Below the pieces are notes generated by a model. It worked only from the letters and a program-made list of their open reading frames with translations. It did no database searches and had not been told where the DNA came from. A DNA stretch of 64,000 nucleotides, from assembly GCF_006345805.1 (NCBI RefSeq), contig NW_021831989.1:434001-498000 (forward strand), given 5' to 3'. Each line of letters begins with the position of its first letter. Positions within the stretch are counted from its first letter, which is position 1. This document shows positions 39,446-52,760 of this stretch, in pieces. Source of the DNA: Octopus sinensis. Its lineage: Eukaryota. A program made the position numbers and the translations under genes.

Positions 39446-42400
39446 ATGACCAAAAGATCTCAACTAACTCGATCAGAAATATATGAGTATAAAAAATTAC
39501 TAAAGAAGTTCAGTACCTATATTGACAAGAAACCAAGAAATTGTTTAAACCAAGTTTACAAAATCATACTTGACAGAATTTCAGAAATTATTTTCGAGGG
39601 TGCGTTTTGCTTGTCATTTAATAGAGGAAAACAACTCATTTGGTTTATTAAAACATCTGGTGTACATATATCTCCAATGGAAATGGACTCCGAATTCACT
39701 TCATGAAGCCGTGGCTAATAAAAATTGTTTTGGTATTTTTCTAATAATATAAGTAAAGATTTTCCTCCTCAGAATTGGCCGATTGCTACAAAAATGTTAT
39801 TTCTGTCCAATGCAGCCATCTACGCATCCGAACAAGAAATGCCTGTTGGGTTTATTTGCCAAGATATTGCCAACGTGTTCTTTTCCCTCAAGTTAATAAT
39901 AAAAACCATTTTAGTGTTTTTCTGGATTCTCAAATTGCTGTGAAATCATTCGAAATCTGGCTGTCCACTATTCTGCATGAATGTAGTAAACATTCAAAAT
40001 ATACTATTTGTGCAATGGCGCCGAGCATATTGAAGATCATAAAATTTGTACTTCGGACTGTCAGTGTCATTTCTCGTGTCAAAAAACGAGTATTGTGTTT
40101 TTATATTCAATTAGAAATCGAGGTTTAAATCTGAGCTTTTGGTTGAAACTTGTTTTGATTTATTTTTAATTCAAATTACGGCAAGTGAAATATCAGAAAA
40201 TGACATTCAAAAAACGCACCCTGAGGCTTTTCTAGAACTTTTGAACCAACTGGGTTGTGGAGATTGTCTCTTCAGTTGTGCAGTCAACGTTTTGTGTCGA
40301 CGTGCAACTCTTTCTATTACAATTACTATAAAACTCTTTGAATGGTGTTTCCAGCACGAAAATGGTTTTACTAACTACGATGTTTGACAAATGTTTTTAT
40401 TGACAGATTTCGCGTGTTTACCAATCATTGTTGAAAATTATTTCCAATATTGACCATTTGGTTGAGGCTCACATTTCTTTCATCTCGAATGTGTTGGAAT
40501 CGTGTGACGACGTCAGTCTTTTTACTAATGAAGTCATTCCACATTTGTCAAAAAATAAACCATTGGTCCTTCTCAGGGTCATTATTAGTGAAGTATTTTT
40601 AAATAAATGTATTTTTGTACCTAATAGGGTTAGTTTTGGTATATAACACTAACTACCTCATATTTATATGGACCGCCCTCAGTTGGCTATGTGTGCCATC
40701 TACCAGGCGAAGTCTCTCGATTAATGTTGAAAAAATGTATTCCATTTTCTTCCGAGATGACTTGCTTCTTCTCTGGACATCACTAAAACACTACGATTCC
40801 AGGGTTTAGCTTTTTTGTCATATTTAGGTGTATTGCCCTGTCTTTTCCGTACTCTGCGAACATGTTGTGTGTAGTGAATACTCCGTTCATGCCATGGAAT
40901 TTATCCAACAGTATCTGTCGCGAGTATTTTGTATTGATAATAATGGCTCCCGAATTCAAGTCGTGCACACATTCGATAAAGTATATTACATATTTCAGTA
41001 ATTGTAGTGTCTTGCTCGAGTTGCTACCCAATTCGGAACAAATTCTGTTTCTTCTTCTCAGCATCAGCGCGATTATATGGTTAGTTTGTCTTTGAGTATG
41101 ATTACAGGATTTTATCACAAAATTGTTGAATTCTGCATTCACTAACCTGGCTCTCCCGACTCCATACTGGCGACGAGCTTTGATTCTTGAAATTATGAGA
41201 ACAATAATTCTAAGGATCGAGAAGCTCGATTTCTATCCTATTCCTTCGGGGTGTACGACAACCTTGTTTCGCCTGTTGGGTGACCCATACCCGAATAACA
41301 GACACCATGTTCTCCAAATACTAAAGGCGTTCTCTTTAAAACAAGTATTGTCATTTTAATTTTGAAGGAAATTGCTGATGTGACTGAGATGATAAAGTTT
41401 TTTCTCAAGTCAAATAATCTTTCCCATGCCACTTTTAGCATATATTTGGTCAAATACTTAAGCCAGTATCACCAAGTGGATGATTTGATGATCCAGCTAA
41501 GTATTAATGTGCTTTCTTCTCAACTTGATATTTTGTCTCTTGATTTTGAGGGGGAAGTACATCGAGCACCACTGTATCCATCGCTCATTTTGATGGCCGA
41601 CATCTTTGCTAAAATTTGGTGAGCTTTGGTGAAATATAAATTTCTACAGTGAGAGGATAGAGGTTGAGTTAATAAGAACTATTCTCACTCTCTGTTCCAC
41701 AGTCAGGAGAATAGCACTGCCCTACGTAATGGCCTTCAAGGAAAACCAATTTGGTATAGTAAATATTTAATCGGCAGAGTCCGCTGCTATTTCCTCATCA
41801 TGGAAGTCTATCAAAGAAGTAGTCAGAATATACTCTCAGATATTCAAGAGTGGTGTTTTTTCCAAGTTAGACTCAGAACATGTATAGTTCCAGTTATCTG
41901 AATGTAGATCCGAGATATTATTTGCTTTTATCTGTATGAAATGATTAAATGTCCTCACCATGGCCTTTTCGAATTTACATCAACCCAATTTTACTGGATT
42001 TGTGTTTCCTTGTGGAAGATGCACTTTGACAATGATATTTTGACCGATAGAAATCAGAGACAATTTATTCCCTGTGACATAATGTCGTGGCTTCCAAATC
42101 TTGTTAGATTGTTTAAAGTTGATGAGGAACCGTCGATGTTTCCAATTGTTAGAAACTGTGGTGGAATCTGCTTCATCGTTAAGGTGATTCCATGTGTTAT
42201 AAATTTTTATAGAATGTGATTTTGGCGGAGATGGAAACATTTAAACATGGAAAAATTAGGTCTTCGGAGTGTATTTCTTTATTTGTTTCTATTTTGGAAG
42301 ACTATTTTCTTCGCCAGGAGAATGTGCAATTGAGTGTATATTGTGATTTTTATCAAAATTTAGTCTGTTTTGTGCATTTTGGAAACATTATCTGATTTGG

Positions 42401-44775
42401 TGTCCGATCGGGGAATGGAAGAGATAATTGAAATACATTTGGAAACACTTTGCTGCATTTCTTTTGAAGGATTGTGTAGTTCTTGTTGGAAGGTGTCGTT
42501 GACCATCTATTTGTATAGATTCGGAATTTGTCGTCACTTTTGTTTGGATCAGTTTCTTTTCGTTTGCTTGGCAATAAACGGGTGAATGAAAATGTCGTGT
42601 CCACGTCTATACCTCTTTTTCATGTCCTAGGATTACTCATTCCGTGTTTTTCGAACGTTATTGCATGCTTACGGATTTTATCATTTCCAAAATTGAAGAT
42701 CTGTCAACATGTTTTGACGATTTCAATCGAAATTCGTGTTTGTTTGCCATGATTTTGCTACTGAGTCGTCTCAAACCTTCTTCTGAACAGTCAACAGACA
42801 GTGTTTCATCAAGAATAAGTCATTTGTCACTTCTCGCTCAAAAGTTGTTTTTGCTGATGTTTTTAGACTGTCTTCTTGTCCTGTGTACCGAATACGAATA
42901 TTTACTGCCGAATTGTGTGTAAATATGCTCAGTGAACAAAATATAATCGCCAATTTGAGCTCTCTTCTAATCCAGTTGTTGTCCATGGAATCCGCTGATT
43001 GCAACTTTGCTCATGGAAAGCTGCTACAAGTATGAAGCTGATGTGTGTATTATTTAGGTACTACTTTTATTTAAAAAAATAAAAACTATGAAAATTAGCG
43101 ACGAGTCTGTTTTTGAAATGAATAATATTTTTAAACTTGTTGTGTATAAACTAAAGGAAACGTTGTTCCTGATTTGTTAAACTCTAGATTGTTTACTTCT
43201 GGGGGAAAATATGTTCCGTTGGACTTGATTTCCGCGAGTGTTATTAATTCCCCTATGGATCACAACGATCCTTTTGTAATTGACTTTTTTGTTGATTCTA
43301 TTCGCAACATTGATAAAGAAATTGTCAGTCACTTTCACGGGACTGTGTATTTATCTGCAATTTTGCGACGGGCTATTAAGCTTGTCGTTAAATGTACTTT
43401 ATTCGGAGAGCCTCTGTTGTCTTTGTTGTGTTCTCACGATGTTGCTATGAAAGTGATGTCATTCTGTGAGCCTGAGCACATCGTTTTATTGCTCAATCAC
43501 TCTTCCGTTAACTTGGCAAGCATAGTCTGCTTCCTAATAAACGAAAATGCAAAACAAGACAAATTCGTTGATCACATCAATCATCAACTTGTCACTAATG
43601 TTGGTATAGTTTTCTGATTTAAGGCAATGCTTGCTTTGAGTACAGTTGGTCATAAACTTTCTGATCTTTCTGTGGATTTTATTCACAGGGTTTGGTGTGT
43701 TTTATTTTTCTAGACTCTTAATTCGGTAGTCTTTATTTTAAAAAACGCACCAAGGTTTGTTTTACATAATGGAGTTTAGTGACTGCCTGCGGGTCGCTCC
43801 TCTAACACTTTTGCCTTTCTTGTTTCCTCGTCTTGTTGAGAATGATGTTCCATTTTAAATTGATAATTAAACTAGGAAATTCCATTTGACCTGAATATGT
43901 TTTTTGAGGACATATCTTCTGTGTTTGTTGGTTTTGTCGACAGTGAGCTTTTTCATTTAAGAAAATGTGCTGCTTCGTTTTTGCAGAATTTATTTGTAGT
44001 GAACGTCGTAAAAATTCTGAGTTCTTTAAATGGTGAATTATTGTCTTCAATTTTAGTCAATCACCTTTCACTCGTATTTAATTCCGTTATTAAATTATTA
44101 CAAGATGACGATGGGGAAATTCGTTTTTTGATGACTAATTTTGTAGCTTGGGTAGCTTGTTTGTATAACTTTGAAACAATTCCTCATACGAATGTATATG
44201 GCAGTTTACAGAAGTTTGTTCCTATCTTTTGCAGCTTGATTCGTACGTCTGATGTAGTTTTTATTATTTTGAACTGTCTCTCTACGATTGATTTCTCTTG
44301 TCTGACTTCGGCTTTCTCCGAGTCTCTGTTTGAAAGTGAATTAAAAAACATTTTTCAAGACAACGTGTCCCTTGTAAAAATTCTTTCCATTTTTCTGGAT
44401 GAAAATGTTGATAAAATGTTGATGAGTTGCCAATTTGATGCGAAAGAACTTGGTCAGTTCAATGACATGTTTGTCAAGTCAATTAATTGTTTGATGGATT
44501 GTCTTCACACTTTGACTAACGAAAATGAGCTTGGTAATTGGAATCAGCGTCACATCACTTTTTCCATGTGCCACTCCGCCTCTTATTTACTTACACTTCT
44601 ATTAAAGGTGGTAAGGTTTGATCTCATGACCGACAACCTTTTGCTCACATTTCGACAATTTAATCTTTTTGTTCTTGAAATGAATACAAAATTAGTTGAA
44701 GAAAATACTTTCAAACGGATCTTATTCGTAAATGAGTATTTATCTATTAAAATTGACAGTCTTTTGAATAAATAA
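39446..44775 (+). CDS. THADA: THADA/Trm732 tRNA 2'-O-methylation regulator (many micro-introns)
   Basis: SSWKSIKEV, CPHHGLFEF (cf. RHRGAFE), VRNCGGICF (cf. RRSAGIPF), IRNLSSLLFGSVSFRLLGNKR (cf. VRNSSTLLFSALITRIFGVKR), FFERY, LLLSRLKPS. Confidence 0.85.
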
Positions 44776-45088
44776 TGTTTTGGGGTTGTCGCTATGCATA
44801 TAATAAGAGTTTAGCCACATAAAAAATAGCCACAGACGATTGTAAAGCAAATAAAAATATTTTTCATAAAATTTAAAATTCAAAAGGATTCTTGCATAGA
44901 AATCAAATTTTTTAAGCTTAACACAATAAATTTATCTAACAGTAATTTTTAAATTGTTCGAATATCTCAATAATTTTATTTAGTTGTGTTTAGAAACAAT
45001 TTTCACTAATTTGTTTATTTGATAACTAGAACACATATTCAGCGAGTAGGGTGAATCTAAATTAAATCGAACAAGAACAAATCATTTT

Positions 45089-45870
45089 TCAAAAAAAACA
45101 ATAATTTTTACACCTTTCAATTGATTGTTTAAGGTGCTTATTTGATTCTTCCCTAATGCCTTCAATATTTTTGTATTTAAAGAAATCTCTGATATTGTCT
45201 CTACTGATTTCTTTGCGGAAAACCGACGATCTGTCTGATAATTATTTTTACCTCAAATTTTCGTGACATCGCAATCCTTTTTCCATGGTGCCATGTGAAT
45301 TTTGTATATTTATCAAATTAAGTATTTCATTAATATCATTAATTTGTTGTTTGTAAAGTTTATCTAAATTCACAAAAATGTAAAACTTATCATTTTTATT
45401 TTTTGATATTGCCATATTTTATCATTGTATCTGTTGATCCGGTTGTTGTGTGATTGTTCGATTATCTTCTTTTGCTTTTCAATCCTCAAAATTGTGCCGG
45501 CTCCAATCTTGTCAAAGTTTTTATTCAGGGATTTCGCTTGATACTCGGACTTTGCTACAAAACGTAATTTAAAAACACATTACAGAGCATGCTAATAATT
45601 AATATTTAATAAAGCCGCATGATTCGAATTTTTTATTATTTATAGTTTATTAGAACGCAGATGTCAATTCATTATTTATATTGACAGCCAAAACAAAATG
45701 CTAATTTTTTATTTTGGAAAAAGAATGATATTGCAATTTTTAAATCTGACTTCATTGGAATTTTTCGTAGATTGACGATAGGTTTTCTAGTAGGAATTGA
45801 AATCATGACTTTGGAATCACGTTGGTTTGTGAAGATATAATGCAATCTATTTTATTTAAACACCAAGACC
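45089..45870 (-). CDS. Orphan protein, paralog B (5' exons unresolved)
   Basis: AKSEYQAKSLNKNFDKIGAGTILRIEKQKKIIEQSHNNRINRYNDKIW...DNIRDFFKYKNIEGIREES..SIERCKNYCFF*. Intron positions are shared with paralog A; 21-nt intron at 45231-45251. Confidence 0.6.
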
Positions 45871-46385
45871 ACGTTACAAACCGGACAAATAGTCACGTGA
45901 CCTCGATGCACTCCACCAGGGACCTCATTCTCGCTCGGTAATCTTTCCACGAGTCCACACAAGGCCGCTTGTCGTTTTCTCGGCGATATTGGCCGGTTTT
46001 TTGAAGAAACCGCTCCGCAACGTTCGTTGCTGGCTAGCTGGGCTAGTTTTGGTTTATAAGATTAACGTTTGCCTAAGCTGTACATCCTTAATTGAGCCTT
46101 CTCTATTCTCTTCCTGTTGGTCCAAGATAGAAGCGGTCCTCATGATAGGCGGGCGTAGAAGATGAATGGTTTGGAGTATTGACGATAAATGTTTGCCAAT
46201 ACCAGGTGAGAATTGTTTTGGCATAATCCGGATAAACTTCTCAGAATGTTTGTTTTTTGTTTGTATTGACCTATCAATGTATAATTTCATTTATTTAAAA
46301 CGAATACATATTTATTGATAATAAAAATGTTAGAATAAAGATTAATTTTTATCAATAATTGTTGTTGTTACGCCTGTTTAATCCG

Positions 46386-47378
46386 ATGAATGCAAACAGT
46401 GATATTATAAAGAATGCAATTGGTTATCATTACCATAATAATTATCAGAACTCGACAAAAATTTACAAAAAAGACCAACACTAGCCCAGCTAGCCAGCAA
46501 CGGAATATATCCCTGTTTATAACACATTCTTACTTGTAGCTCTCAACGGGCCCCCAAGATATTCTGGCGAGCGAAGAAAGCTAATAATGGCCCAGGTTCA
46601 CATTTCCAAATCGAGACCGTTAATAGACCAAGGACTTTCTGCAACACAAGTTCGAACACCGACCAGACCGAACTGAGTTGGAGAATCAGAGTATTCTGAT
46701 AGGTGAGTGTAAAAGTATAAATAAGACAGCCTCCCCTCACTTTGACCCACTCGTGTCTCAGAGAGTGCCCCTTCTCAAAAGATCTTTTCTTGAAACCAAT
46801 TTAAACGGGAAATTGAAGGACCGACCAGGTCCACTGGAATTAGTGGCTGGAAATATCCTCAAGTCCGACGAGGAGATGTTACTTCGCCTGAACAGCGACC
46901 AATTAGACAAGGAAGTGAAAGTCCACTGCAGCAAAGTGGTCAACAGGAAGTGTGGGAAATCGGTCAGTTCCCGGCGTATTTCACTCTGCAGGGAATTAAG
47001 TTTTATTATTATGACGGATGTCTGGTGGACAAGAAGAGTAAGTGCAATCGACAGTACATGGGGGCACTGGAACAGCAGAGGATATATTTGGCCGAACAAG
47101 AAAGCCACAAGTCGAGGGACAGCGGGATATCTCTCTGTGACGAGGCAGAGTTCGCGAATCGGATTTCCTATTATATGGACAACTTCACTGTCATGGAACT
47201 TAAAGAAGAATTGAGGAAAATAAATTGTACTGTCAGTGGGAGGAAACTTGATTTGGCGAGGAGAATGGCTCTTTCCAATTCCTTCAATCAGCCAATGGAC
47301 TGCTCTCCTTGTAATGGTCACGTCACTCCTCCTGTTATTCTCGATGACTGCTCTCTCGATTCTGGGTGGTTCTATTAA
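46386..47378 (+). CDS. MRTF: Compact myocardin-related transcription factor (3 RPEL + basic/Q + SAP)
   Basis: LQKRPTLAQLASNGIYP, FEHRPDRTELENQSIL, LKDRPGPLELVAGNIL; IKFYYY..YMGALEQQRIYL; SAP domain MDNFTVMELKEELRKINCTVSGRKLDLARRM. Confidence 0.88.
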
Positions 47379-47864
47379 TTTTGTCGACTAATTTATTGCT
47401 ATTCAAAAAGATTATTGCTGTTTTGTCCACTTTTACTATTCTTTTGATTTACATTAATGCATTCTCTCAATCCTGATACCACAAATGTCTAAAGTCCACT
47501 ATTTCAATGCAATATTTTGATGGGGCATGCCATTCACGTGTTCATCCTAACTTATAATATAATATGGTCGAGCAACCAAAATAATGAATATAATTTGTCT
47601 AAGTGACTTTATACTGTAACTAATTAGTTTGCTTGAACTAACTACTTTTGATCGACACCACGAATATTTAATAGGCTGATTTAACAATCCAAAATGTGCT
47701 ATTATACTCGTGTGTATACGACGCAGCATACCTTCCACAAAAGATATATCTAAGCGTATCAGATTATTACACATCCGTAACAAAAGCAAAGAATGTAAAA
47801 AATAAGTCAACAGCCAGAAAAGTCAGTAATTAGAGCAAAACCTTTTCTAAAAATTAGAAAAATG

Positions 47865-49042
47865 TCAAACCCTTTCATTTCCATAGTTCACATGCTCGGT
47901 AGATTCGCCGAGGGCACAGTCCTTGTCCGAGACAGAATCATATTTTCTAGTTTTCGTAGACATTGTCAAGTCAAAAAGACAATAGCGAATATCCCTCGTC
48001 TTAAACTTCATAACCCTCCCCCAGATATCCTTTATAATCGGGGACACCCCGTTAATTTGTGTAAACACGGCCGAGGCGATAAGAGACCGAGGAAACTTGC
48101 ACGCGTTGGAGTGACAGAGAAAAGTGCGGAGAAGCTGCAAATAAGAGCTTAAAAGTACAGTTGCCCCTCTGTTGAGGTCATAGCGAGAATAACGAGGCAT
48201 GTCTATTTCTTCAAAACCCGCCACATGCAGTTGGAGGAACATTTTGAGCCAATAGTAGCCAGTCGGCACAAATAAATTCCATTTCAGACTACGGAGAATT
48301 CGTAACTCCATGCTGACCAATTCTTGTGGAGAAAACGTTTTTCTTGCCATTTTGGCATAACTTTGGGAGTCACAGACGACAGTCCCCTCAGGGATCACAG
48401 GGCCAACCAACCTCATATTTGGCCGAAATAAACAAGCAGGAAATGGCAACCAACTCAAGATGGGGATACTTTAGACTCCTGGACCCATCCGAGCACAGAT
48501 AACGGTCTAACAAGTCGAGAGCCAAAAAAAAGACATCCCACTCCAGTCGATGATTCAAACAAATCTACAAAACAATCCTTGGAAGTACCTCAGAAAGCAT
48601 TTCTATCATATCTGCCCTCATTAAGTCAGTGATGTGAGGAGATGAACGATTGACTAGCAATTCGGGAGAGCATAGCCTCCTTTCTTGTTCAAGTCCAATC
48701 AATATCAGTTTATTGGTCAGTACAGACGCCTCGATTGGGTCTTTCTCAGGGCATTTCCACTTGTCGGGTGGCTGTTTGGGCATTTCCATCTCCGAAGAGA
48801 GGGGTCTGTTTTCTTTATTGTGGAGATTGTGTGTTATTCTGAGGGACCCGGCTATGGCAGTCTTTTTGTGGGTTGCGGACATCTGAGCACACACTTTGTC
48901 GATCTGAATCCAACCGCGAATCTAGAAAGAACTAAATTGACGGAAATTGACCGAAGAGGACTTGGAATTCACATTTACAGGTTTTAGTGAAGGAAATCTA
49001 AGCAACAAGTCAATACAGGTGGTCGAACCCATTAAAGTCCAT
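47865..49042 (-). CDS. CCNE: Cyclin E-like cyclin
   Basis: MRADMIEMLSE..FFLALDLLDRYL..LELVAISCLFISAKYE..MELRILRSLKWNL..WLKMFLQ..KFPRSLIASAV. The start at 49042 needs a 19-nt first intron; a downstream ATG is the alternative. Confidence 0.75.
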
Positions 49043-50677
49043 GCTCAAAGTGTCCAGAAATGCTCAGTAATTCGCTAGCAAAACTAGAAATAATATTCTA
49101 ACAGTTATAATCGCACAGCACACAGTAAATCACACTATCGGCAAAGGGGTAAATTATTAAATAATTAATTTAATAAACAACTTATTTTATACATAAAATC
49201 ATAATTTCATATAAAATTAATAAAAAGGTTAATAAATATGCAATATGGATGAGAAAATTAGTTCATCCATCGCTAAGTAGATCCAAATCAATTCCATAAG
49301 TGAAAACCACATAAATTTTTTTAAAATTCGATTAATTCAGATTAATAGCACTTCTCTGCAATTAATAGCTGCTTTCTAGATAACATTACATTAGCGAGTT
49401 CCTATTTCCAAACTATAAAGTTCCTAGAAAACAAGTTTTACATTTTTTATTCTCAAAATAAAATCTCAGATGAATATTGTTGATTATATTGGTAAAGTCA
49501 CGTACCTTTGGGCCTGTCTGGAATACTTTACATTGTTGTAATTGTGGCTACAATGAATATTTTTCATGCCTTTGGGCCGCAATAGATAAAACATTAATTT
49601 AATTCGGAAATAAAAGTTGTCTTAGAAATGTGCAACAACTGACTAAAACGATTATTGTTTTACGACCAAAAGAATGTTTACGACGGTGAACAATTATTGA
49701 ATTCAAGCTCCCGTAGTGAGCTCCTTGTCAAACATAACAACAGGGAAACCTCAGACAACTTATTTTCGAGACAGAAATTTTGCAAAAACTCAAGGACTAA
49801 CTTGATGTTTAAATGCAGACTTGATCAATAACACTAGATTTTTTGGACAGCTCCTTAACAAATTGGATGTCAAAGAGCTTTTTTTATACTCATTAGATAT
49901 TTTTTTAGAAATTGCTCGATCATTTATTCTAAAAAAATCCTGTTATAATTTGAAAATGCGTAGGATCGTAACATTTTGTGTTTATTTGAAAGGAAACAAC
50001 AAAAATGCTCTCATTGAAAAAATTAAATATCAACTTGATTTCAATGACGATTTTAGTTGAAAGTAAGTAAAGAAAACGGTGCTTCTTAAACTATTGTTAA
50101 GAAACCTATAACCGGGACGAAAAGTCATGGATCAAAATTAGGAACATCTGGTATTACAAATATAGTTTTTTAACAAGTGTTTATATGTGTTATTTAATTT
50201 TTTAAGAGTCGGAATTGTTTTGTGGTTATTTAAGTGATTATTTTCTTGACCAAAGTTACATACCTCGTTCAGAAAATTTGTTATTTCTCGATTGAGATAC
50301 TACCGATCACTCACCTGCATGTGGGAATTCGAAATTTACTAAGTCTACTAAGAAGATTTACTGTCTTAACGTTTCACTTTGAAGATAAATTAAGTTGAAA
50401 TGGAAAATTCTGTTCCGTTATGTACTGTAAAATATTCAACTAATTGAAAATGGAATACTGTTCTAATTTCGAAATGTAGTGTCCGACCTTGATGGAAAAG
50501 CCCTTGATTATAGCATTGATTTTACAGTTTTTAAAACACGCACTCAAGTAGAAAATGGTAGTCTTCTAAGTTAGTTTAAGATAAGTAAACACGTTTCCTC
50601 AAACACACATTCAAGAAATATAAGCAAGATATTTTTATAATAAAAAATAAGAAATTTTAAAATAGGTAGACGTCGAT

Positions 50678-50730
50678 AGTCAATCTCACCACATTTTTTG
50701 CAAATAGAAAGACTGGCTGGCGAGCCAGGT
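50678..50730 (+). repeat. 53-bp dispersed repeat (second copy 52966-53018)
   Basis: 51/53 identical. Contains the hairpin CTGGCT-GGCG-AGCCAG. Confidence 0.8.
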
Positions 50731-51074
50731 CTTTCGTTTGTGTAGAGCTGCGTAGGCGTCTTTCATTTTTAATATCCTCAGCTTACCGAGTCCAATTTTA
50801 GTTTTGTGCCAGAGTTCCTCGGTCTTGGCGAAAAAGGAATCCTCCGAGAACAATTTTCACTTTATTTTTTTGTAGTCTTTTTTGTTCATAAGACCAATGA
50901 CTAGCGGGAAACCAGGTGGCTGTAACGGGGGGTGTCTATAACAATCTTGCGAGGTAACTCGTTTGCTATCCGCGATGTGGCGATGACCACTGGCGAATCC
51001 TTTTTTTAATATGTATTGACTCTTTGATTGTCTTTTTTATTTGCAGTTTTAATTGCGTAAATATTGTCTTGACT

Positions 51075-51818
51075 AAGGTAACATATAGAGAAAACAGAAA
51101 TAACCACCGTCGAACGTATGCCAACTCGCATAGATGAGAAGTGGCGAAACGTCCGAAAACTCGGATCTCTTCTTGGCGATTCCGAAGATATTACCAGACG
51201 AAAAATATTATCAACAATTGCATTTAAAAAACTTCAATCTATCTGGATGAGAAAAAACCAAATTTCGACTAAGATGCGCCTACGATTATATGATGCATTT
51301 GTCCGACCTGTCCTCATGTACAACGCAGGTACTTGGGGAACATCAAAGAAAAACATGGAGCAACTTGACTCTTTCCACAGGGGTCAACTAAGAAAACTCC
51401 TCGGCTATTCGTGGCCGAAGAAAATATCAAATGATAAATTATACAGGTTAGCTAACTGCGGGCCTATAAGTCTAAATGTACTTGAAACCCGCTGGCGCCT
51501 GTTTGGACATATTTTACGAATGAAGAAAAAAACACCTTGAAATATGGCCATGGAAGAATTTTTCGGCCATACTGAATACTCTAAATATAGAGGACGTCCA
51601 AGAGACTGTCTTCCGGGAATACTTACGAAGGAATATGCTATGATCTGATGCCGATTGATGGATGCAGACGATCTGGACGAAATCGGAAAGAAGGCAAGAC
51701 GACGGAAGGGATGGAAGGAGCTAACGACAAGAATAGTTAAAAACATGGCACAAGCGAAACCATAAACTTTGTTTACTGGCAACGCGAACGTGCATTAACT
51801 AACTAACTAACTAACATA
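51075..51818 (+). mobile_element. RTE-clade LINE 3' fragment with (TAAC)n tail
   Basis: KTE..KWRNVRKLGSLLGD..YDAFVRPVLMYN..RWRLFGHILRM..MEEFF..RGRPR..LP, then (TAAC)4. Confidence 0.9.
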
Positions 51819-52034
51819 GAACACTGGAGTCTCTCGTAGAGGCAAATGGGGGGGATCGTGGAAATGGACCACAAACCATAACCGTACATACAGAAAGTGT
51901 GTGGGGTCACGGTCGGAACATCGTGAAAAGATGGCTCGACTGTTGAGAAGTGTCGGAATCACCTGAACGTGTTAGTTAATGGTTAAGACGGTGATTTTGT
52001 TTGGCTTAAATAATAATAACTAACTAACTAACAT

Positions 52035-52760
52035 ATGAAGACTGGCAATCGAGAAAAGCTAACGAAAAAGTTCAAACAGCACGAACTATACGATGAAATA
52101 ACCACAGAGGAAGTACTAGTTGCAAACTCCAAACTAAGAATAACAAAAGCCCACCTAGGTGGCTCAAATGACGAATTCTTTAAATATGGAATCCAAAAAC
52201 TGTACAGCGTCATTGCTTGAATCATAAACAAAAATTTTTTTCTGATACTAGGAAAGAGACTCCTATTCAGAAACCACACAAGCCCAAGGATAACATTGAG
52301 AACCTTAGACTTGTGGTCTTGAAACACGTTTCAAACAATAGTAGTCCATATAGTCTACAAAAAGGGAGTCGGCTAGACTCGTATTTTCTGACGTATCAAA
52401 CTATACCAAAACAATTTCAATTTTAGAATTTGCAAGCTCAATTTTATAACTGACAGCTTGAATTTTATAATTTGCAATTTAACTAATCTACAACGTATAA
52501 AATTAGAGAAAAAAAGGAAAAAATGAGCGTTATTTTTAAAATTGAACGTTCTGCATTTGAATTGCACCCAGGAGTTCGCGCTTAAAGTTATAAATAGGCA
52601 GTTAAAAAAATGGATGACCTCAATGAACTAAGAGATCTTGCGATACGGAAAGGCCTTTGGATGCGATTGGTGCAAAGGGTGGTCGGCGCGGCACAAGGGA
52701 ACCTTAATTGACTTTTGTTTTTTATGTGTTCTCGACAGTGCTGGTAATAATACTGTAATT
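52035..52760 (+). mobile_element. Further RTE fragments (RT N-terminal part 52035-52330; C-terminus about 52590-52710)
   Basis: EITTEEV..KYG..PIQKPHKPKDNIENLRLV; DDLNELRDLAIRKGLWMRLV..AA. Confidence 0.7.

Noticed and set aside
45893-45902. Perfect GTCACGTGAC (CLEAR-like) palindrome
   Set aside because: Single occurrence, not upstream of any recognised lysosomal gene; function unsupported.
51079-52036. Possible RTE 3' transduction bounded by TAACATAT
   Set aside because: The left 8-mer is part of the RTE coding sequence (V-N-I-E-K-T-E), so it is not a TSD.
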